Shown piece after piece: positions 40,734 through 64,000 of a stretch of 64,000 bases of DNA. Numbering within the stretch: position 1 is the first letter of the stretch; every line of letters begins with the position of its first letter. The stretch comes from the human T2T-CHM13v2.0 reference genome, Homo sapiens, in the NCBI RefSeq assembly GCF_009914755.1, contig NC_060946.1; one strand, 5' to 3'. The notes beneath the pieces were generated by a model. That model was not told the origin of the DNA and did no database searches. It was given only the letters and a program-made list of their open reading frames with translations. The translations under genes were made by a program, and so were the position numbers.

Positions 40734-40932
40734 TGAACTCCTGAACTCAGGTAATCCACCTGCCTCGGCCTCCCAAAGGGTTGGGATAACAGGTGTGAGC
40801 CACCGCGCTCGGCTCTAATTTTTCAAAATAACTTTATTAAGAAACAGAGGATGGGCCAGGTGCAGTGGCTCATGCCTGTAATCCCAGCACTTTGGGAGGC
40901 TGAGGCAGGCGGATCATGAGGTCAGGAGATCA

Positions 40933-41567
<635 letters not shown>

Positions 41568-41598
41568 TTAGAGAAATGGGCTGGGCTGGCACCCATGA

Positions 41599-41827
<229 letters not shown>

Positions 41828-42538
41828 TAGCCAGGATGGTCTCGATCTCCTGACCTCGTGATCTGCCCGCCTCGGCCTCCCAAAGTGCTGGGATGACAGG
41901 CGTGAGCCACCGCGCCCGGCTGATTCCTCATTTTCAACCCAGTCTCTCTTGACCACTAAGCCAACTAGTTCCAGCTTTTTCTGAAGACAAGTCAGGTTGC
42001 CCTCCCAAACCTTCCCTCTTCATACAGGGGCCTTCTACCTGACCTCTGAGATTTCTCGCCCAGCACCTCAGCAAGGGCTTGTCTGATGCTGCTGTACTTT
42101 GTCTACCCCTCCAATCACAGGAGTCCGTAGTTCCTAGAAAATCTATTTTTGCTCCTGTCCCAATCCGCTGAATAAACTGTATACAAAATTCAGGTGTGGA
42201 ATCTCATGTTGCTCCCTTTGGTCAAGTTACCTATTTTCCCAAGCCTGCATCTAAGCTTGATCCTTCTCCTGCTAAAAGCATCTTCGGCCGGGCGTGGTGG
42301 CTCATGCCTATAATCCCAGCACTTTGGGGGCCAAGGTGGGCAGATCATGAGGTCAAGAGATCGAGACCATCTTGGCCAACATGAGGAAACCCCGCCTCTA
42401 TTAAAAATACAAAAATTGACCGGGCACGGTGGCTCGTGTCTGTAATCCTACCACTTTGGGAGGCTGAGGCGGGTGGATCACCTGAGGTCAGGAATTCGAA
42501 ACCAGCCTGACCAACATGAAGAAACCCTGTCTCTACTA

Positions 42539-43093
<555 letters not shown>

Positions 43094-43219
43094 TCACGCC
43101 TGTAATCCCAGCACTGTGGGAGGCCGAGGTGAGGGGATCATATGAGGTCAGGAGTTAGAGAACAGCCTGGCCAATATGGTGAAACCCCGTCTTTATTAAA
43201 AAAATAAATAAATAAATTA

Positions 43220-43390
<171 letters not shown>

Positions 43391-43700
43391 CTAGGTATTC
43401 TCTCTGCCAGCTCTCTGCCCCAGCTTGTCCACGACCTTCTCCTCAATACACAAGTGTGCACCCCTGTCCAATCTCCCACTTAATTCACAGGACAGCTCTA
43501 GATCTCTGCTTACTTGCCAGACAGAGACAGTCAGACACCTGGACCGTGGCACCCACCTGTCCAACCTCGCCCAGCTCAGATCACCAACCTCATCGATTTC
43601 CTTGCAAAACTTTTGACTTCCGCCTTGGACTTTTGCCCCTTAAAATTTTATCTCTGCAGAGTTAGAATATGACATTGCTTTGTCGATACCATAATAATAA

Positions 43701-43916
<216 letters not shown>

Positions 43917-43919
43917 TGA

Positions 43920-44141
<222 letters not shown>

Positions 44142-45316
44142 TAGAATCATCTCACCAGCCAGGGCCTCTGCCCGTGGTTCCTGTGCAGCTCTGGAGAGCT
44201 GCTCTTCCCATCCAAAGGTCTTCGATCCCCTACAGTCCACAGTTCCCAGTTCTCCCCTCCACGTGCATGGAAGCAGGACACCCCAATCTCATCTCTTTTT
44301 TTGTTTCTTTTAAGAAACCAGGTCTTGCTCTGTTGCCATGCTGGGAGTGCAGGGGTGCAATTAGAGCTCACTGCAGCCTCGAACTCCTGGCTCAAGTGAT
44401 CCTCCTGCCTCAGCCTCCTGAGTAGCTGGGACTACACGTTCAGGCCACCACATCTGGCTACATTTTAAAATTTTTTTTTTGTAGAGAGAAGCTCTTGCTA
44501 TGTTGCCCAGGTGGTCTTGAACCCCTGGCCTCAAGTGATCCTTTTGTGGCTTCCCAAAGTGCTAGGATTACAGGAGTGACCGCTGTGCCTGGTCGTCTCA
44601 CCTTCTTTTGACATGGAGCCCCAGCCTTGGGAGGCAGATGCTGAACCGTGTCCACAGTGCCCCCTTCTGGAAATTCTCCACAAGCCAAGGTTTTGGACAG
44701 CTCCAATGTCTGGGGCTATGGCATTTCAGGCGGGAAGTCTCTGCAGAGAGCAGTACCTGCCTTCATCCCTTCCTAGATATTAATTCACTTTCAGACACAT
44801 ACTGAGCAGCTAGTGTGAGCTGTTACGGTGCTGGCTCTGCAGACAGAGCTGCAGCGAAGACAGACGCCAACCCCACCCTCACACAGCCAATCCTGTGCTA
44901 GTTTTTTCTGTAGAACCACCACTGGGTTTCCAGTTGGTCTGGGTTATCTGGTGAACTCAGAGACTTTCGCTGTCTTCTGGACACTCCACAACAGTCCAAT
45001 CACCTGCGGGGACCCTGACCTCTGCAAACCTCCGGGGGGTGGTTCCTTGGTTGGCCGCCCTCCTCTGACGGCTCCGCCTCCCTGCCGAGCCCTGGGATCG
45101 TCCTCCCTGGCTCCTGCCTTCTCTCTCATAGGATCTCATTTGTTCTGACACACTTATTCTCAAGCCCAGTAGTTACTCTTGAATATTGCTTATAGAGGTG
45201 TGTTTCCTTGAATATTCAAGCATATGTGTTATGTAATGGGTAATAATAAAGTAGGAATGTGCATATATGAATCAGCACAAAATAACTAAAAAAAATCCCA
45301 TTTCCAAAGTCACTGA

Positions 45317-45833
<517 letters not shown>

Positions 45834-46032
45834 TAGTAGAGACAGTGTCTTGCCACGTTGGCCAGGCTGGTGTTGAACTCCTGACCTCAGGTGATTTGCC
45901 CGCCTCGGCCTCCCAAAGTGGCGGGATTACAGGCGTGAGCCACCGCGCCTGGCCCAGATTCTCTTTTTATAAAATTATGATTGTATCACTTAACTATTTC
46001 TTCTCGACAGTTGTTATACACAAAGGCAGTAG

Positions 46033-46350
<318 letters not shown>

Positions 46351-46789
46351 TGAACTCCTGACTTTGGGAGATACACCCGCCTCGGCCTCCCAAAGTGCTG
46401 GGATTACAGGTGTGAGCCACCATGCCCGGCTTAAAAATTTATTTTTGACAAATGCAAGTGGTTTTATTCCTTTTTTTTTTTTTTTTGCATTTTACTAGGA
46501 AACAGCCTGTGTGTGTTTCCTCCCGGTGCACAGCCTATATGGTTCTTTGACCAAATGGTGTCTTAGTCACTGCATCTGTTAGAGACTCAGCTTCTCATCA
46601 AATCAGTTCTATATAGGCTGGGCGTGGTGGCTCACACCTGTAATCCCAGCACTTTGGCAGGATGGTGGGGGGGGGGGGGGCGGTGGATCACTTGAGGTCA
46701 GGAGTTCAAGACCAGCCTGGCCAACATGGCGAACCCCGTTTCTACTAAAAATACAAAAATTAGCTGGGTGTGGTAGCGTGCACCTGTAA

Positions 46790-47717
<928 letters not shown>

Positions 47718-48139
47718 TCAGGAGATCGAGACCATCCTGGCTAACATGGTGAAACCCCGTCTCTACTAAAAAAAAATACAAAAAATTAGCCAGGTGTGGT
47801 GGCGGGCGCCTGTAGTCCCAGCTACTCAGAGAGGCTGAGGCAGGAGAATGGCGCGAACCCGGGAGGTGGAGCTTGCAGTGAGCCGAGATCCTGCCACTGC
47901 ACTTCAGACTGGGTGACAGAGCGAGACTCCGTCTCAAAAAAAAAAAAACTCAGGAACATCAGCCTGGGCAACAAGGGGAGTGTGGGTGGTGATGGCAGCC
48001 TGAGGCAGGAGAATCATTTGAGCTCAGGAGTCTGAGACTGCAGTGAGCCACAACTGCACCACTGTGCTCCAGCCTGGGCAACAGAGTGAGACCCTGTCTA
48101 GAAAGCCAAGAAGCCTAGGAACAGGTTTTTTAGTTTTAA

Positions 48140-48496
<357 letters not shown>

Positions 48497-49254
48497 TGAA
48501 GACATCTGAGAGTTCACGCCACAGGCTGTGTTTGAGCACAGGGCTCTGCCTGGGTGGGCCAGATGGAGGTCAGTGACATGAGGGAGCTGGGTACATTGGG
48601 AGCTGCCCAGGGGTCTGGCAGGAGACCAGGAGGCAGGGGCTGTACCAAGAGGACGGGCCAGAGGCAGAGGAAGCTGTGCTGTGAGTTTCCAGGGTGGGCA
48701 GTGACCTCTGATTGATAACCTGACCCCAAATGGAAACCTGGACGGTGCCCTGACTGCTGTCTCTGCTGCTGTTCTCTTCCCAGGATGGAGGCCAGGGGCA
48801 TCAGATGCACCTTCCCTCCTCCGTCCCAACCCAGGGCCTCCAGCTACCCTCCCCCTGGCCTCACTCTGCAGAGGAGCCTCTTCTAACCTGCCCACCTCAT
48901 CTCTCCTTCTCCCCTTGCCCACTCTGGCCCTTCCGTCCTTTCCTGAGGCCAAGAAGTGGGAGCAGGAGGGAAGTGAGGGACCGGCTCCACCACCGACCTT
49001 GGAGTGTGGAGCTGACAGGTCCACCGGGCTGTGCCAGGCCTGAGGCTCCTCTGTGATCAGGCAGTGGGCAACACCAAGCCAGGCCTCTTCAGAGAGAATG
49101 CTGAGGACGGGGCAGGAGGGTGCCCAGGGAGCCACGCCGTGGCGGAGCCTGACTGTGCTCTGGGCGGCCCACTGCCTGGGGCAGGGGAGACAATCCCATC
49201 CTCATGCCTCCTGGGAAAGCAGCACCAGGCACACAGCCAAGCACAAAAGACGCC

Positions 49255-49260
49255 TTTATT
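49255..49260 (-). terminator. LMF2 poly(A) signal AATAAA
   Basis: tttatt on the plus strand, about 420 nt past the LMF2 stop. Confidence 0.85.
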
Positions 49261-49677
49261 GGTGCCCAGATCTAAAGGGCAGGATGGGCTGGTGTGAAGA
49301 TGACGTGGAAGATGACAGTGCTTCCCCTCTTCCCCTGGGAGTCAGCCTCTTCCCCTCTGGCACGGGGCCTAGGGTTGGGGGCTCTAGACTCAGACCCCCA
49401 CAGCCCAGGGCAGGGGAAGGGTCTTGAGCTTGGTCGTGTTTTCCTCCTGGGCCAATCACAGAGGCAATAGTGGGAGTCCTGGGGAGGGGCATGGCTGGCG
49501 TGGGGGTGGGGCCTGGAGCCCTCAATGCAGCACCCTGCAAACCCCAGGGGCAGCCCCCCAACCTGTGCCTGGCCCTGCAGGGTCAGCTAAGGCACAGTGG
49601 CTGGGTCCTGTCCTGCCGGAGGCCAGAGCACTCCCGGCGACCTGGCCCTCTCAGGACGTGCAGCTGGGAGAACACAG

Positions 49678-52600
49678 CTACTTCTTTCGCCGGGTGGTCC
49701 TCGAACTACTGGAGCAGGGGTTGGGGGCTGCGGTGGCCTGTTCGGAGGCAGCTCCGGAGTCTTTCTGGGAGGCTGGCCTGCGCTTCTCCCCGCTGACTGG
49801 TGCCAGCGGGGAGGACCGGAGAGAACAGGGTGCTAGCAGGGCCTGCACAAATCTGACAGCCCCCACGGCCATGAGGAGCCCCCAGAGCAGGGCGGGGGCC
49901 TCCAGGGGAGACAGCTGAGAGCGAGTCCAGTGGAGGGCCTGGGCCAGGGTGCTGTTGGCGCTGCGGGTGCGAGGTGGGCTTTTCTCCTGTGGGAGGGAGG
50001 GAGGGAGGGAGGTTGGGGAAGTGCTTACTGGGTTTACCCCGGGAGGCTGGGGTCACCCCTGCCACCTCCCCCAGCCTGGCTGACACCCCCTTACCTGTAG
50101 TCCAAACTGCCTGAGCAGCGTCTCCAGCGTGGGGTCCCCCAGGGACACGGATGGGAAGAACTCCTCCACCCACTGGCGCCGCCACCACTGGCTGCAGCAG
50201 GACCCGATGTTCAGAAGCTGGAGGCACCCCGGGCTCCATACCCCATCGCCAGTGCCCAGCCTTACCCCTGCTCCTCAGCTCCTCACGCTCCACATCCCCC
50301 CCTGGTGCCCGGCCTTACCCCTGCACCCCGGGCTCCACACCCCACCCGGTGCCCAGCCTTACCCCTGCACCCCGGGCTCCACACCCCCCCCCAGTGCCCG
50401 GCCTTACCCCTGCACCCCGGGCTCCACACCCCCCCCCCCCGGTGCCCGGCCTTACCCCTGCACCCCGGGCTCCACACCCCCCCCCGCCGGTGCCCGGCCT
50501 TACCCCTGCACCCCGGGCTCCACACCCCCCCCCCCCCCGGTGCCCGGCCTTACCCCTGCACCCCGGGCTCCACACCCCCCCCAGTGCCCGGCCTTACCCC
50601 TGCACCCCGGGCTCCACACCCCCCCCCCCCGGTGCCCGGCCTTACCCCTGCACCCCGGGCTCCACACCCCCCCCCCCCCGGTGCCCGGCCTTACCCCTGC
50701 ACCCCGGGCTCCACACCCCCCCGGTGCCCGGCCTTACCCCTGCACCCCGGGCTCCACACCCCCCCTGGTGCCCGGCCTTACCCCTGCACCCCGGGCTCCA
50801 CACCCCCCGGTGCCCGGCCTTACCCCTGCACCCCGGGCTCCACACCCCACCCGGTGCCCAGCCTTACCCCTGCTCCCCAGGCTGGGAGAACCAGTACTTG
50901 TAGCGCTGGGCTCGGACGTAGGTGGGCGGCTGCTTGTGGAAGGGATACCTGGCCACTTGGCTCTGGACAAGGCGGATCACTGCAGCGAGAGGCATCAGCG
51001 TGGCCCCCACAGTACCCGCCCTGCCCCTCCCCTCCCCACCCCGCTCCACCCCAGCCCACTCCACACCCCCCAAGCCCGCTCCGCACCTGGCTCCTTGCCC
51101 TGCAGCAGGCGCAAGACCAGGCTTGTGAACCACGGGCTGTGCGTGTGTGGGCCCAGGGCTGCAAACCACATCTGCCAGTCCAGGCGTGGCTGGTGGGGCA
51201 CCACAACCGGGGGCGGCCGGCTCAGGTTCCCAGGCTTGTACATGAACTCGATCTCCTGCCAGGCAGGCCGAGGTCAGCTGGGCCCGCTGACCTGGGCCCC
51301 ACCACCCTGCCCGCCCTGGGAGGGCTCACCGTCCAGTGGTGGCCGTCGTAACTGCCCTCCAGCACCACCTCAGGCCGTCCACCAAGCCCAGTCATGCGGC
51401 GGAAGAGGCCGTAGGAGTTGGCCAGCTGTAGGTGCTCCACGGCACCAAACAGGCGGTGGGCCCCGGTCCAGAGGCGCCCGTGGGTCCCGGGCTCCACGTA
51501 GGAGTACGGCACCTGGAGACAGGTGGGAGGTTCTCAGGGCTGCCCTGCCCCCAGCCCATCCCCCAGCCCTGCAGCGCTACCCACCAGGCTAATCAGGAAC
51601 AAGGCCACGGTCGCAGTGCCCACAAGGGACAGTTGGACTACAGCACTGAGCTTCCGTAGCCAGCCCCGCACCTGGGTCCACCTGTGGGCAAGGACCCAAG
51701 GTCGTCAGGCCGGCCCTGCACACCTGTGCCCCCTCCCTGCTTCCTGGGCCATGTACCTCCACAGGGCACTCAGCAGCTCCCAGACCAGGGAGGCCACACC
51801 CAGCCACACAGTGGGCAGCGTCAGTGTCTTCAGCCACTGAGAAAACTGGTGGAAGGTGAAAGCTGGTGGAGGAGGGGGGTGTGAGGACTGGTCCGCCCCT
51901 GCCCTCTGGCCCCCCCAGGTCGGCACTCACTGGTTCTGGAGTGGATGGTGCGCTGCTGCCAGTCAACCTCCAGGCCAAAGTAGTGCACAGTGCCATAGGC
52001 CAGAAGCCCGTAGACGGCTAGTTCCAGCAGCAGCGACAGGGTGGCCAGCAGGGCCTTGGGCCAGGCTGTGGGGCAGGACAGTCATGGGTCAGCAGAGGGT
52101 CCCCAGCCAGGGGGCTGGGGTGCAGCTAGAGTGGGAGTCCTGTGGGGGTGTTGGAGGGGAGAACCCCTGGGAGGGCAGGGGGCTGGACAAGTGACACGCA
52201 CAGGTGGCCGTCTTCTTGCGGCTGCCATGGCCAGGCTCAGCAGCCAGGTGCTGGTCGTCCAACAGCGCAGTGGTAAGCACCAGCGTCATCAGGTTGAAGA
52301 AGTTGTAGTTGCCGGTGATGATAATCAGGACCTGCAGCAGCACCTGGGGGCGGCCCGCTCTCAGTGCTCCCGGAGACTGACGCCTGGCCCCGTGGCAGGC
52401 ACCCACCTCCACCCTGCAGGGTGCATCCCTCTGCTACAAGGCCTTCCCAACAGCGGTTGCCAGCTGTCCCCGGGAGCCACGCTGTCCCCAACAGGGCACG
52501 CTGAGCAGCGCTGAAGGCCGAGCCCTGTCTGCCTCTCTCTGACAGCTGCGGCCCTCACCCACCTGCGAGTAGAAAGCAGCCAAGCGCAGGCGTCGAATGG

Positions 52601-54203
52601 GGGCGAAGAACAGGGGCGGCACAGCGATCTCAATTAGGAAGGTGGCCACCACGCTGAGCTTGTGCAGCCAGACCGGCAGGTGGTGTGCGAACCAGGCGGC
52701 GGGCGTGGGCAGGCACTGGGTCTCGTAGTGGTAGGTGAGGGCTGCAGGCGAGGGCAGGAGTCAGGGCTGGCCGAGCCCCCAGACTACCCCAGGTCCAGAC
52801 CGGGCCCCTCACCAGTGAGCCCCCACCACGCAGGGCAGCGGCTGGTCAGCTTGACCACGCCTGAGGCGAACATGAGGCGGAACAGCAGCCATCGCACCAG
52901 CCAGAAGGGGAGGTCTTCGTGGGGCAGGGCCCCTGCCTGCCTGCCCTGGGGGGCCTCCTTGCGGTGGGAGGCTGGCCTCAGCGGGGCCACCAGCACGGCC
53001 AGGAAGCCAGTCTCTAGCAGCAGGGAGTCCCTATGGGGAGAGCAAATAGCACCAAGAGCCCCTCCCCACACAGCTGCTTCCCTCGGAAAGTCCTCCCAGG
53101 AAGGGCAGAGCCCTCCCCCACCCCCTACCCAGCCTCCCACAGCCCCAGGCCCAGCCGTCACTCACCACTGGAAATAAAGGAACACCTGGCCCACCTGCGG
53201 AGAGAGGGGCTGTCAGGGAGCGGGTGTGTCTGTGGACTCAGGTAAGGTAGAGGCAGGGGTGGGTGGTGGGGGTTGGAGATAGAGTGAGCTGGTCACAGGT
53301 CCCACTTGCCTGGCAGGCTGACAGGTAGGCGGCCCAAAGCAGCAAGTAGATGACAGGGTGGCGCAGTGGGCTCAGCAGCAGGGCTCCCAGGGCCACTAGT
53401 GCACCCAGCAGGCTCAGCAGCTCCAGGCCCTGGGCCGTGTCCAGCCCCAGTCTCGGCGCTTCCCACAGCAGCGTCGGGGTCTCCCACAGCTGCTGCCAGC
53501 GCCCCTTGCCCTGAGGCCGCAGCGTCCTCCTTGCAGGTAGGATGCCCTCGGGGCCATACAGGCCTGTGGGAGGGCATGTCATGGCCAGGCCCTGGACAGC
53601 CCTTGCAGACTAGACTACCTCTGAGTCAGGGCCTGCAGATCCCCCAGCCTAGGTCAGAGCATGCGGATACCTCCATCCCTAGGTCAGAGTCTGCAGTCCC
53701 TCCAGAGCCCGTCCCCCAGGTCGGGACCTGTCAAAACCCCGTCCCAGGGCTAGAGGCCTGCTCAACTACCTGAGTCAGGGCCTCCCACCCAGCAGAGCCC
53801 ACTGCCCTCTTCCAGGTCTCAGCCCGATCTCCTACCTGTCCCACCAGGTCTGGGAGGAAGCCTCTCTCCCACCTCTCTCAGAGTTCTGTCCCCCACCCCA
53901 GGTCAGAGTCCAGAGCCTTACGGGAAATGGATCACCGCACACCTTCCTACCCCCACAGCGGCCTGCAGGACACGAACCGCCGCCCCCTACCCCACGCCAA
54001 GGCCTGGCCCTCACTCCCAACCCCGGACTGCGTGAGTGCCGGGCACAGAGAAAAGAGGACATAGGGTCCCGCGCCGAGGCTGGGGGTGTCCCACCCTGGG
54101 TGCCTTCACCTGGGATTTGCGTGTAGAGGGAAGCGAAAGCAAACATGAAGACGGCCGCCACGCCCTGGAGGAAGAGCTGCCGCGGGAGCCGGGAGCCCGC
54201 CAT
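49678..54203 (-). CDS. LMF2: Lipase maturation factor 2, 707 aa (exons 54110-54203, 53310-53563, 53166-53194, 52813-53030, 52563-52741, 52202-52343, 51931-52065, 51757-51862, 51585-51681, 51330-51512, 51087-51255, 50868-50979, 50095-50191, 49678-49986)
   Basis: 2124-nt in-frame chain. LMF-family motifs [83 protein letters not shown]. Confidence 0.98.
50225..50878. repeat. LMF2 intron 12 VNTR, about 14 units of 42-53 bp with a variable poly-C tract, each holding a 5' splice site
   Basis: ccttacccctg at 50260, 50313, 50357, 50402, 50450, 50498, 50548, 50592, 50640, 50689, 50732, 50776, 50818 and 50862. Confidence 0.95.
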
Positions 54204-54244
54204 GTCCGCTACGCGGCCCGCTAGAGCAGGGCCCGCCCTCCGCG

Positions 54245-54560
54245 TCCGCCCGCCCGCGGCAGCCCCAGGCCCCGCCTCCTCACCGCCCCGCCCGCCCAAT
54301 CCGTGGCAGCCCCAAGCCCCGCCTCCTCGGCCCGCCCGCCCGCCCGCGGCAGTCCCAGGCCCCGCCTCCTCACCGCCCCGCCCGCCCAACCCGTGGCAGC
54401 CCCAAGCCCCGCCTCCTCGGCCCGTCCGCCCGCCCGCGGCTGCCCCAGGCCCCGCCTCCTCACCGCCCCGCCCCCCCAACCCGTGGCAGCCCCCAAGCCC
54501 CGCCTCCTCGGCCCGCTCGCCCGCGGCAGCTCCAGGCCCCGCCCCACCCCGCCCCGCCCG
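54245..54560. repeat. About 3.5 x 90-bp GC-box-rich tandem repeat in the LMF2/NCAPH2 promoter
   Basis: ccaa(t/c)ccgtggcagc at 54296, 54386 and 54476; each unit has two ccccgcctcct GC boxes. Confidence 0.92.
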
Positions 54561-54865
54561 ACCCACGGCGGCCCCAAAAGCCCTCCCGTCCAAACTGGTG
54601 GCAGCCCAAAGCTCCGCCCACCCCCCCCTCCCGGAGGCTTCGACCCCGCCCCGCGACTCTTCCGGTGAGCTCCCGCTGCGCGGCGCCGGGGTTCGCCTCT
54701 CTGGCTTTTGCCCACGTTACGTCATAGACATGCGCGCGACGCCGCGCCTACGCATTTTCCTGGGCGGGAACAGCAAAATGGCGCCAGAACTAGTGGCGGG
54801 CTGAGGACGCCGTACCCCTCGGAAGGCAGCCCTGCGGTCCCTTTGCCGCCCGTTCCCTCCCGGAC

Positions 54866-64000
<9,135 letters not shown>

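Noticed and set aside
46665-46682. Long G run inside an Alu left arm
   Set aside because: Simple homopolymer slippage in intergenic repeat DNA with no functional context.
50129-51592. 487-, 348- and 250-aa Pro-rich plus-strand ORFs
   Set aside because: These are the stop-free C-rich strand of the LMF2 VNTR plus antisense exons; all three frames are open, which indicates a repeat artefact.

Overview
This is human (primate) genomic DNA that I recognise as the GC-rich subtelomeric 22q13.33 gene cluster. In order it holds SBF1/MTMR5 (minus strand, exon 1 to part of exon 35, running off the left edge), ADM2/intermedin (plus), MIOX (plus), an Alu/L1-saturated spacer, LMF2 (minus) and the first three coding exons of NCAPH2 (plus), which shares a bidirectional CpG-island promoter with LMF2. 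I assembled the exon chains by hand from splice sites, and they close in frame (ADM2 148 aa, MIOX 285 aa, LMF2 707 aa). Most long ORFs in the track are GC-rich, antisense, repeat or Alu artefacts. I see no new protein-coding system. The unusual signal is in RNA-processing and translational architecture: (i) two minisatellites built from real splice sites (13 extra donors in LMF2 intron 12; 4 extra acceptors in MIOX intron 5, two of them in frame); (ii) an SBF1 leader in which a (GCC)8 poly-Ala uORF ends in an ATGA stop-start with a 107-aa overlapping ORF; (iii) a 24-nt SBF1 microexon; (iv) three ACUAAY (QKI-type) elements after a 78-nt cassette exon, followed by an exon that starts with a perfect GTAAGT donor; (v) an LTR-derived ADM2 poly(A) signal; and (vi) two Alus flanking MIOX that share about 10 private substitutions. 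Some of these may already be catalogued; I could not check databases.
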